NCBI GenBank assembly: GCA_021786105.1
Contig: JAJYNW010000022.1
Location: forward strand, 1-26,083
Source of the DNA: a bacterium
GTDB taxonomy: Bacteria > Patescibacteriota > Microgenomatia > Daviesbacterales > UBA10151
Direction: 5' to 3'
DNA: 26,083 bases
Shown here: positions 11,992 to 20,256 of the stretch, in pieces
How positions within the stretch are numbered: the first letter of the stretch is position 1
Layout: each line of letters starts with the position of its first letter
Position numbers and translations under genes: made by a program
Notes under the pieces: generated by a model
Databases searched by the model: none
Seen by the model: the letters and a program-made list of their open reading frames with translations, nothing else
Told to the model about the DNA's origin: nothing

Positions 11992-12641
11992 TATTTGCTA
12001 ACGATGAGATCTATCATGTCTTTAATAGAGGGATAGAAAAAAGACCAACATTTACAAATAAGTGGGAATTTGATAGAGCGCTCTTTACCTTAAATTTTTA
12101 TAGATTTGCTAAACTGCCTATTAAATTGTCAAAATTTCTAGTACTCCCTAGCGACAAACAAAAAGAATTGTTAGGAGCATTAGAAGATTCTGAAAAACTA
12201 ATTGAAATAATTTGCTTTTGTTTAATGCCTAATCACTTTCATATAATGTTAAAACAAAAGCTGGAAAATGGAATTTCTATTTTTGTGTCAAATTTTACCA
12301 ATAGTTATACAAAATATTTTAATACCAAACATGAACGAGTAGGACCTCTTTTCCAAGGTATATTTAAAGCAGTTAGAGTAGAATCAGATGAACAGTTTGT
12401 ACATGTTTCCAGATATATTCATTTAAACCCAGTTTCTTCTTTTCTCATTAAACCAGAAATACTTAGTACCTACCAATGGTCTTCGTATCCTGAGTATCTG
12501 GGAAATACAAGCAAAAAATTTATAAGCAAAGAGAAAGTGTTAAGCTTATTTCCTTCAACAAAAGCTTATGAAAAGTTTGTTTTAGATCAAGCAGATTATG
12601 CAAAGCAACTTGAGCTAATTAAGCATTTAACATTAGAATAG
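11970..12641 (+). mobile_element. REP-associated tyrosine transposase (RAYT, IS200/IS605-like HUH Y1 transposase)
   Basis: YHVFNRG, FCLMPNHFHI (HUH), YTKYFNTKHERVGPLFQG, RYIHLNPV (catalytic Tyr), YQWSSY; flanked by inverted palindromes. Confidence 0.9.
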
Positions 12642-12669
12642 TTATTAAAGAGTGGGTGCCAATGTAATT

Positions 12670-12683
12670 CACCTGGAGGGTGG
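12670..12683 (-). repeat. REP-like palindrome right of RAYT
   Basis: CACCTGGAGGGTGG, inverted copy of 11914-11927. Confidence 0.75.
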
Positions 12684-12685
12684 GA

Positions 12686-12961
12686 TTATTTGCTTCCTAA
12701 GAATTTCTGGACAAAGTCGTTTAGGTAATTAGACAATCGAGCCACCACAAAAGCGGAAAACAAAAAATCAAAAAAAGGATTTATAATTGGCGTGCCTAGA
12801 AAAATACTAAACAGGCTAATCTGGTAAGCAAAAACCAGTAAAATTGCTATAGCTAAGGACAAAAGGGGGATGTAAGGCCGCAGAATTTGAACATTTCCTA
12901 GCAAATACTCAATAATAGCTTCATTCAAAACCGCAAAAAGGAAAGGTGCAACCCAAATCAT
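12686..12961 (-). CDS. Small multi-TM protein, putative phage holin-like
   Basis: 91 aa, about 3 TM helices; N-terminal E.IIEY and C-terminal ARLSNYLNDF recall small phage holin-like proteins (from memory, unverified). Confidence 0.55.
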   Translation of the reverse strand: MIWVAPFLFAVLNEAIIEYLLGNVQILRPYIPLLSLAIAILLVFAYQISLFSIFLGTPIINPFFDFLFSAFVVARLSNYLNDFVQKFLGSK

Positions 12962-12967
12962 GTTATT

Positions 12968-13288
12968 TTAGGCAGAAGTTTCCTTTCCGGGCGGGAAGGC
13001 GAATTGATAAAGATTAATTAAGGCGCCGATTATTGTCAAAGTATCATCAACCCGCTTTACCGGCTGAGCAGCATTAGGTGGCAGGGAAAGCGCTTGCTTT
13101 TCTTGATTACATTCAAACAGTTTGGATTGAAGGTTGGCAATCTCTTTATCTCTTTCCTGCAAAGCCTCCTGCAAGGTAATTACTTGCTGATTTAAAGAGG
13201 CAAGTGTAGTTTGGAGGTTTTCTATTTGAGATTGCAAAGCTTCCGGTGAATTTTGAGGTTTTGGCGGGTTAAATACTATTTCAGCCAT
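12968..13288 (-). CDS. Coiled-coil hypothetical protein (start set to MAEIVF)
   Basis: Heptad-rich LQSQIENLQTTLASLNQQVITLQEALQERDKEIANLQSKL; C-terminal hydrophobic stretch; 6 bp from the next gene. Confidence 0.7.
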   Translation of the reverse strand: MAEIVFNPPKPQNSPEALQSQIENLQTTLASLNQQVITLQEALQERDKEIANLQSKLFECNQEKQALSLPPNAAQPVKRVDDTLTIIGALINLYQFAFPPGKETSA

Positions 13289-13310
13289 ACATTCGGGCAA
13301 ACTTGGGAAT

Positions 13311-13374
13311 ATACTACAGGAGCAAATTCTACTTGTCAATCATAGTTGACAACAACCAATATTTATTTCACTAT
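13311..13374. promoter_or_regulatory. Back-to-back divergent promoters
   Basis: Palindrome TTGTCAA-N6-TTGACAA (13333-13352) supplies TTGACA on both strands; 17 bp to CACTAT (+, 13369-13374) and TAGTAT (-, 13316-13311). Confidence 0.6.
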
Positions 13375-13395
13375 AGAAAGTAGGGGGTGATAAAA

Positions 13396-13749
13396 ATGCA
13401 AATTCTAATAGCCTTGGTGCTGAATGCAGTAGCCTTATTGGTTACAGCTTACATAGTTCCGGGATTTCAGGTAGCAAATTTCACAACAGCCATACTGGCT
13501 GCCATAGTTTTAGGGGTAGTAAATACTTTTATTAAACCTATCTTAAGCTTTATTTCTGCGCCGTTAACAATTATAACTTTAGGGCTTTTTTCTTTTGTAG
13601 TTAATGCCGTGGTTTTATTTATCGTATCAGCAATAGTACCAGGAGTTAAAATTAACGGCTGGGTTCCGGCAATATTGGCTGCAATCGTGTTATCTGTTGT
13701 TTCAACAATTTTAAACACGGTACTGAAAGATTTGGGAGGAAAGAAGTAA
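13396..13749 (+). CDS. Phage holin family (4-TMS, YvlD-like) membrane protein
   Basis: NAVALL..AYIVPG, VLGVVNTFIKPIL, LTIITLGLFSFVVNA; SD-like GGGGGTG before ATG 13396. Confidence 0.85.
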   Translation: MQILIALVLNAVALLVTAYIVPGFQVANFTTAILAAIVLGVVNTFIKPILSFISAPLTIITLGLFSFVVNAVVLFIVSAIVPGVKINGWVPAILAAIVLSVVSTILNTVLKDLGGKK

Positions 13750-13776
13750 AGTTCTCCAAACGAGCAGTATAATTTT

Positions 13777-14703
13777 TCACTGCTCTTTGTTGCCTGAATG
13801 AAATACTTTGTGCACATCCTTAAGATGGGCATTAGTGACATGAGTGTAAATTTGAGTAGTGGAGATATTCGAGTGTCCCAGCATTTCCTGAACACTGCGT
13901 ATATCAGCTCCGTTAATCAATAAATCTGTCGCAAATGAGTGGCGGAGAGTGTGAGGGGTAGCCTTAACTGAAAAACCAAGTTGTTTGACATATTTTTCCA
14001 CAATCCGCTCAACCGAACGGGAAGTCAATCTCATTGCCTCGCCTCCATCTGCCGGATCAACTTTACCCTGGAAACGAATAAAAAGAGGTTTAAAGGTATC
14101 TTTGCGGACCTCCAGAAATTTCTCCAGCCAATAACAAGCTCCGTCAGATAAAAAAACCACTCGTTCTTTTCCACCCTTACCGACTATACCAAACTCCCGT
14201 CGATTCAAATTTATAGTATCCCTGTTAAGACCGGCCAATTCCGACACCCGCAGCCCGGTTGAAAAGAGAGTCTCCAGTATTGCCCGGTCTCTTATTCCGT
14301 CCACTTTAGCAGTATCAGGAGCCTCTAAAAGCGATTTAAGTTGGGCTTCGTCCAAAACCTTCAAAGGTCTTGGGTCGTTTTCTCCCAATTCAACTTTTTC
14401 CGGGGAGAGCGTGGCAATATCTACTCTGGCCAAATACCTTAAAAATGCCCGCAGAGCTATCATGAAATAATTTTGGGTAATCCTTTTTAAGGGATTTTTT
14501 GTTTTCGGATCAGTCCACCTGGCTAAGTGAAGCCGGTATTTTCTGACTAAACTCAAATCAATCTCTTTCGGATTAATATCACCGGCAAATTCTAAAAACC
14601 TCTTTAAATAATGATCATAATTTCTAATGGTCAGCTGAGAGGTGTTACGCTCCAGCTCCAGGTATTCTAAGAAATCGATGATTAAAGACGAGAGAGCAGC
14701 CAT
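13777..14703 (-). CDS. xerC: Xer-family tyrosine recombinase
   Basis: TGLRVSEL, GKGGKER, HTLRHSFAT, LGHSNISTTQIYTHV give the full R-K-H-R-H-Y set; XerC vs XerD cannot be resolved. Confidence 0.85.
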   Translation of the reverse strand: MAALSSLIIDFLEYLELERNTSQLTIRNYDHYLKRFLEFAGDINPKEIDLSLVRKYRLHLARWTDPKTKNPLKRITQNYFMIALRAFLRYLARVDIATLSPEKVELGENDPRPLKVLDEAQLKSLLEAPDTAKVDGIRDRAILETLFSTGLRVSELAGLNRDTINLNRREFGIVGKGGKERVVFLSDGACYWLEKFLEVRKDTFKPLFIRFQGKVDPADGGEAMRLTSRSVERIVEKYVKQLGFSVKATPHTLRHSFATDLLINGADIRSVQEMLGHSNISTTQIYTHVTNAHLKDVHKVFHSGNKEQ

Positions 14704-14723
14704 AGACTGATTTACCTTTTGCT

Positions 14724-15440
14724 TTAAAGCAATGCCAGCCCCAAAATCCCCAAAATAGTCAAAGCACCGCCAAAAATGGCCAGGGTAAACGTCAATTGCT
14801 CAGACCCGGCGGGAGGCAGGTATGGAGTTTTAGTGGGCAGTGGCATTGTCGATGATGGAGTAGAAATTATTGGCCCTCCGCCTGGACGGGTAGTGGGGGG
14901 TGCTGCAGTCTGGCCGCAAGCTCCTGTTCCAATCGTGTAATTACCATCCACTACAGAATTTAAAGTATCTACCAACGTTCCTCGCTCCACTACGTTAGAA
15001 TCGGTGGTTTTTGCTTTATCCGTAGGAAGAAAATCAAATTTAACCTGGGCTACTCCTGCAGGTGCATTGCTTTGCACCGTAAAATTTACGGTAGCCAAGG
15101 TACCTTTGCTGGAAAAGGGGGTATTGACGGAAGCCAGACCTGAGATAGTAATCCTACCGTTTTGCACATCAATATTATTCCCAGGATAATCCGGGTAAAC
15201 CGTACCGTTTGTGATGGAGGTAGCATTAAACCTTGAAGGATCATAGATCAAAATCGCATCAGTGCCGTCTGTTTGGGTTCCGCCTGTATCCAAAACAACA
15301 TTCAAAGAAAAATTGCAGCCTCTGTTAAACGTGCCGGTGGAAGGCTCAAGGGATAAAGTAGCGGTCTGAGCAAAAACTCCGGCAGGAGAATAAAACAACC
15401 AAAAGGCGAAAGTAAGAAAAAAAAGTAATACCCTAATCAT
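14724..15440 (-). CDS. Cohesin-domain surface protein with signal peptide, P/T linker and LPxAG + C-terminal TM
   Basis: Signal peptide ending VFA; cohesin-like beta-sandwich (LDTGG..TDGTD..LIYDP...G.I.ISG...GTLATVNF...TTDSN); PT-rich linker; LPPAG then hydrophobic tail. Confidence 0.75.
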   Translation of the reverse strand: MIRVLLFFLTFAFWLFYSPAGVFAQTATLSLEPSTGTFNRGCNFSLNVVLDTGGTQTDGTDAILIYDPSRFNATSITNGTVYPDYPGNNIDVQNGRITISGLASVNTPFSSKGTLATVNFTVQSNAPAGVAQVKFDFLPTDKAKTTDSNVVERGTLVDTLNSVVDGNYTIGTGACGQTAAPPTTRPGGGPIISTPSSTMPLPTKTPYLPPAGSEQLTFTLAIFGGALTILGILGLALL

Positions 15441-16078
15441 TGTACCGAAAGCTCTAAATTGCTAACCGTTTCTAATATGTCCTTAGATGTACCCATCTCT
15501 ACCAAATTAGAATCAGTGGTAGCGCCTTTCTTGACAAAATCAATTGTCAAAGTGGTTTGTCCGACCAGTTTAGCTTTCAGGTTTATCACGGCAAATTGCC
15601 CTGAACCCTTAAAGCCAGTTTTTGCACTGTTAACCCCGGAAATATTAATCAAACCTTTATTGACATCAACCGATTGAAGCGGGTATTCATCAAAAATCTT
15701 CCCCTTCACTAATCCGGTCGTTGCTACCGTTAAAATCTTCGGGTCAAAATGGACCACCAAATCAACCCCGTCAATTTCATGCCCCCCGGTATCCACCACT
15801 ACCGAAACAGGCATTGTTTCATTAACTGTAAAGCTGTTTTTAGGAATGCTCAAGGAGATTTTTCCTCCTGTTAGCTGTTGAGCTTCAATTTTACGCACAG
15901 GCAGGGGCGGGGTAGAAATAGGAGTAGTTAAAACCTTAGCAGCGTAGATTAATTCTGCCAATATTATAATCCCCAGTATCGCAAAAATAATTTTGGGGCC
16001 GGAAAATTTTTTCTTAATTTCTCCCGACAAATTATTGCCATTTAATTGATTATTTACTGGTATATTAGAATTTTCCAT
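15437..16078 (-). CDS. Cohesin-domain protein with N-terminal membrane anchor (start set to MENSN)
   Basis: KKKF..PK + TM IIFAILGIIILAELIYAA; cohesin motifs VDTGG..IDGVD..HFDP...G.I.ISG...GQFAVINL...TTDSN, paralogous to the neighbour; ATGA-coupled. Confidence 0.75.
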   Translation of the reverse strand: MENSNIPVNNQLNGNNLSGEIKKKFSGPKIIFAILGIIILAELIYAAKVLTTPISTPPLPVRKIEAQQLTGGKISLSIPKNSFTVNETMPVSVVVDTGGHEIDGVDLVVHFDPKILTVATTGLVKGKIFDEYPLQSVDVNKGLINISGVNSAKTGFKGSGQFAVINLKAKLVGQTTLTIDFVKKGATTDSNLVEMGTSKDILETVSNLELSVQ

Positions 16079-16092
16079 ATATATATATATAT
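16077..16092. repeat. (AT)8 dinucleotide tract abutting the cohesin-gene start codon
   Basis: ATATATATATATATAT read directly from the sequence. Confidence 0.9.
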
Positions 16093-16129
16093 TATGTACT
16101 ACAATCGCCAATTTTTTACCATAAGTTCT

Positions 16130-18892
16130 TTACGGTCTTGCAGTTGAACCGACGTTAAGATTTGATCTGGTTGCACTACCGGTTGCAGCTGGATTCGAAC
16201 TAGAAGGAGCTGACGTACCACCCGGAACCGGTTCTGAATCACTTGAAGCACCATAATCATGCCTCATACAAGCCCAATCGATGGAATTAACCCGGCCGTC
16301 TCCGTTAAAATCTGCCGATCTGCCGGAAGCGCTTCCGGCAATAATCCACTGGCGGTTTAACTCCGCCTTATCCATGGCATTAATCGTACCGTCTCCGCCG
16401 TCAGCCGGGAAAATATCCCCCAAGGGCAAACTGAAATCGCTAACATAAGTCGTACCTTTTCCGGCTGTAAATGAAACTGTCTTTCTCAAAGACCTCGGAG
16501 CTCTCAACGAAAGTTTGTAATTTTTACCTTCTTCCAATTTTTGGCTCAAGCCCTGGATTACTCCTTTGGTATCAATGCTGACTGTTTGTTTGGTAAGAGT
16601 TCCTCCTGCAAATGCACCGGCCAAAACCAGATCAACATCACTGATGGTAGTCGGGGGCGGCCCGCCGCAGAAGAATTTGGCGCCAACCGAAAGTTGGGAA
16701 ATAGCGCTACATTGACCATCACCAGTCTGTTCATCCACATTAGTCAAAGTCACTGGTAAAGCTTCTCCGGTCGGAGCGTTTTGCCAAACCAATTTAATGC
16801 TTTTATCTTTCCATTCTTTAATCGGCAGATCTGCTTCGCCGCTTTTAACTTTTCCTTGATCAGACCCAAAATTTTCTCCTCTCAAAGTTGCAATCGCATC
16901 GCTTCCTTCAAAACTTAAAGAACAGCTGGTAATTTTGGGACTATCACCCAAAAGTTTAATCTGCGCTTGGCACCCCTTTGGACAATCTGCAGTAGTGGAT
17001 ATATGATTATTGGAATCCATAAACTGGACAAAGATGGTCTTGACGCCGGGAGTTTGGTCTTTAAAAGTATAGTCAATCGGACCTTGCTCAGTCTTCACCT
17101 CATAAGTCTTCCAAGACGTCACAATACCGGCATCGTCCAAATCTGCCAAGCTTTCCGCCACCCTGAACTTTTTGGTAGTTACCGGCGAAGGAGGAGCTGA
17201 TGGAGGAGCAGTGGGTGCAGTTAAGCTAACCTCCTGATGACTGCTATTCCCGCAGCCGTTCCAGTTAAAAGTCCTTTGAGAACTCCATAAAGGATTACCG
17301 GTACAAGCATTAGCCATAGCCTTGGCATCATCTGCAAGGTCAGCCGGACGGCAGTGAATAGGGTCATTATTACCAGGTACACAATTTGCCGCAGGCTGAC
17401 CTTTAGAAGTACCGTCTTCAGTAGGCTTCCACATATAAGCATTACAAAGTATGGTAAAACCTTCCTTTTCTTGAGGAATGGGCTTTTCGAGCGAAGGAGC
17501 ATTAGGAGAAGTATCCAAAGTTGCCTTACACCCGCCGCTTAAACCCGTTACATCAGTATTGCAGGTAGCAATTTTATGATAATCACCACCAGACCCTCTA
17601 TCATTGAAATTGTAATATATCTCCATTGTCCTGATGCGAGTATCATTTGAAGTAGCAGAATAGGTGACCTGACTACCTCGAGCCGCAGTTTTAGGACCAT
17701 TAATAGTACACGTCGGACCATTTCCAGTAGACGTTCCAGAACCAATAGTATAAGTAGCTGAACCGCAATGCTGCTTTTGGGCAGTATCACCCCAATAATG
17801 ATTCCAGGTCCCACCACTTACTGCGTTTTGAGCAGTACAGGTGTACTTTCGCCCCCCCACGTCTTGAGTACAATTTCCCACCCCGCCGCTCCAGGTATCA
17901 CCGCCAACCCACTGGTCCTCTTTATTGGCAGAGGAATACTGGAAGATGATTGGATCGCCAACTTTGGGCGAGCTGGGAGTAACACTCAAATTACCATCTG
18001 CCGGACAAGAACCAGGAGTTCCTCCGCCTCCAGTAGTAAAACTCCCGTTCGGAGTACAAGTTCTCGCACCGTTACCAGAACCAAAAGTTAGCGTATGTTG
18101 TGAATCGGCAGCGCCAGCATCAGGCACAGTAAAAGTAAAAGTCGGACCAGAAGTAACCGGATCTGTAATAGAATTCCAACCTCCACCATCCAACTTCCAC
18201 TTCACATTATCCCACTGGTTATTGTAATCTTTTTCACCCTTAACCGATACTTTAAAACTGGAACCTGCTGCCGGGCTATTAGGAATCGTCCAGGAAACTG
18301 AACATTCCTGAGCTGATGGGGGAGTCGTAGCCCCCTGGCTACAACTTAAATCTGAACAACCAGTTATATAGTTACAATAAGCTTGTCCTGCTTCGTCGTT
18401 GTAGCACCATTGAGTATATTGATGACCCGTACAACTTTGTCCATTTTGAGTTGTAGTACACGATTTACTGTTAGAGCCATTAATCAGCAGACTGCCATCA
18501 GCGGCTCCCGTACATGGCACCGGATCTCCCTCTCCGCCAAACGGACAAGCAGCTGCATAAGCTGTTTTTACCAAACCTTGAGATAGAAAGCTCATGATTG
18601 GATTTTTAGATTGGGCTGTTTGGGTAGAGGCTCCGACCGGTGGTCCCAATGGGGAGGTGATCTGAAGAGAAATCTTGGGTTTGGTGGCTACCCAGACACC
18701 ATTACCTTTTTGTTTAACATTAGGTCCGGTAAATACCACCGGATCAGTAGCAGCCCGGGATTTAATAATCTGCTGCATTTGCAGCTGCCTTATACCTAAA
18801 GGCAGTGCCAAAATTAGGATCCCCAAAAGAAGAACACTAATTAAGTTTTTTCTGTTTTTGAAGAAAGTTTTAAATTCTTCTGTTCCTATCAT
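16130..18892 (-). CDS. Large Cys-rich membrane-anchored surface protein with Ig-like/IPT domains and C-terminal X-module + dockerin
   Basis: N-terminal TM + QQIIKSRAA; IPT/TIG-like PKITS...LRGENFG..QGKV...WKDKSI; duplicated Ca-binding loops GDIFPADGGDGTINAMD and ADFNGDGRVNSID. Confidence 0.78.
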   Translation of the reverse strand: MIGTEEFKTFFKNRKNLISVLLLGILILALPLGIRQLQMQQIIKSRAATDPVVFTGPNVKQKGNGVWVATKPKISLQITSPLGPPVGASTQTAQSKNPIMSFLSQGLVKTAYAAACPFGGEGDPVPCTGAADGSLLINGSNSKSCTTTQNGQSCTGHQYTQWCYNDEAGQAYCNYITGCSDLSCSQGATTPPSAQECSVSWTIPNSPAAGSSFKVSVKGEKDYNNQWDNVKWKLDGGGWNSITDPVTSGPTFTFTVPDAGAADSQHTLTFGSGNGARTCTPNGSFTTGGGGTPGSCPADGNLSVTPSSPKVGDPIIFQYSSANKEDQWVGGDTWSGGVGNCTQDVGGRKYTCTAQNAVSGGTWNHYWGDTAQKQHCGSATYTIGSGTSTGNGPTCTINGPKTAARGSQVTYSATSNDTRIRTMEIYYNFNDRGSGGDYHKIATCNTDVTGLSGGCKATLDTSPNAPSLEKPIPQEKEGFTILCNAYMWKPTEDGTSKGQPAANCVPGNNDPIHCRPADLADDAKAMANACTGNPLWSSQRTFNWNGCGNSSHQEVSLTAPTAPPSAPPSPVTTKKFRVAESLADLDDAGIVTSWKTYEVKTEQGPIDYTFKDQTPGVKTIFVQFMDSNNHISTTADCPKGCQAQIKLLGDSPKITSCSLSFEGSDAIATLRGENFGSDQGKVKSGEADLPIKEWKDKSIKLVWQNAPTGEALPVTLTNVDEQTGDGQCSAISQLSVGAKFFCGGPPPTTISDVDLVLAGAFAGGTLTKQTVSIDTKGVIQGLSQKLEEGKNYKLSLRAPRSLRKTVSFTAGKGTTYVSDFSLPLGDIFPADGGDGTINAMDKAELNRQWIIAGSASGRSADFNGDGRVNSIDWACMRHDYGASSDSEPVPGGTSAPSSSNPAATGSATRSNLNVGSTARP

Positions 18893-18986
18893 AAAAAGGG
18901 CCTATATCTAATACTTAACTATTTGGGATTCTTTGTCAACCCCACTCATCCTGAAGTTACCCAGTTTGTAGCTAAAATGTTAGCAC

Positions 18987-20252
18987 TCACTGGCAAGAAG
19001 AAGATTTGCTTTGAAAAACATCATAAGCCTGCTTGGCAGTTCCATTACTGCGCACTAAACTGAAGCCTAAATAACCAGGCGTTCCCGGACTGCAACTGGA
19101 CGTCCAAAGCTCGCACTCGAAGTTATGGTAAAAAGCCGCTTCAATCCAAGGTTTTGAAGCCAGATAATCCAATCCTTCTCCGATTAAACGCGCCTGCTTA
19201 GCTTCATCGTTATTCGTCGGCAAACCCCATTCTCCCAACCAGATCTTTTTATTGGCATCACCTTGGTTGACCATTATATTCCTTATATTATCTACCCCTG
19301 CATAATCGAAGGGTTCCCCATAAGGATCAAGCGCCAACCGATCAAAATAGGGCTGAGCGCCGTGCCCGTACATTGCCACCAGATAATTAGTATTTGCGCC
19401 TGATAAGTGTCCGCCAACAACTACAGCACTAGGCTCTGCAGAACGAACTGCTTCGCTAAAATATTTTAGCCAACCAGTATACCTAACTGGATTATAACCC
19501 CGGCAGTTAGGTTCAATACCATAATCCCAATAGGTTACCTTATCCTTATACCTACTGACCATTGCATAAACCACATCTTTAAATACCTGCACTACTCCCG
19601 CATCATCTTTCAAAACCCGGCAAACGTATTCGGAACTGCAACAATAAGAGTTGTCGATTGGAGCACTCATCTGCCTAACCCAATCCGGAAAACAATCACC
19701 GTCACAAAACTTCACCGCCGGAGTTTGTCCGTCGGCAATTGCATCATTTATATCTTTATCAGTTGAAGTGAAATCAAAAGCAGCGCCCTGATTTGGCTGA
19801 ATAGACTTCCAGGCAACGGGGATAAAACGAAGCGAAGGGTGGGTAAAAAGTTGTTTGATTTTGTCTGTAACCGGGCCATTAAAACCAAAGATATAAGGAT
19901 TATTACAAGCAGCTCTTGGGGTGGCTGTCGGGGTAGGGGTGACGGTTGGTTCAGAAGTACCAAGAGGTTCAATGACAGCTCCAACCGGCGGACCAAGTGG
20001 GGAAGTGAGTTGTAAAGATACTGCATATTTTCCGTTTTGGGATTTGGTAGCTATCCAGGCTCCATTACCTTTTTGTTTAACATTGGCTCCAGCTACAAAA
20101 GTAATAGGATCTACACCAGCCGCCCGGGATTTAATAATCTGCTGCCTTTGTAAAAGACTGATACCTAGAGGTAAGGCTAAAATTAATATACCTAACGCTA
20201 AAACACTGATTAAATTTTTTCTGTTTTTGAAAAAAGTCTTGATATCCTCCAT
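18987..20252 (-). CDS. Membrane-anchored clan GH-A glycoside hydrolase (GH5/GH39-like; start set to MEDIK)
   Basis: N-terminal TM module, PTVTPTPTATP linker, W..IQP..G.FDF, YWDYGIEPN (acid/base Glu), IWLGEWG (nucleophile Glu). Confidence 0.75.
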   Translation of the reverse strand: MEDIKTFFKNRKNLISVLALGILILALPLGISLLQRQQIIKSRAAGVDPITFVAGANVKQKGNGAWIATKSQNGKYAVSLQLTSPLGPPVGAVIEPLGTSEPTVTPTPTATPRAACNNPYIFGFNGPVTDKIKQLFTHPSLRFIPVAWKSIQPNQGAAFDFTSTDKDINDAIADGQTPAVKFCDGDCFPDWVRQMSAPIDNSYCCSSEYVCRVLKDDAGVVQVFKDVVYAMVSRYKDKVTYWDYGIEPNCRGYNPVRYTGWLKYFSEAVRSAEPSAVVVGGHLSGANTNYLVAMYGHGAQPYFDRLALDPYGEPFDYAGVDNIRNIMVNQGDANKKIWLGEWGLPTNNDEAKQARLIGEGLDYLASKPWIEAAFYHNFECELWTSSCSPGTPGYLGFSLVRSNGTAKQAYDVFQSKSSSCQ

Positions 20253-20256
20253 AATA

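Noticed and set aside
12686-14703. Prophage (holins plus integrase)
   Set aside because: The recombinase looks like a chromosomal Xer; no capsid, terminase, tail, lysin or att repeats seen
16075-16102. dif-like site (TATATTATGT) near the Xer gene
   Set aside because: The left arm lacks the ATAA inner motif and the right arm matches poorly; explained by the AT microsatellite
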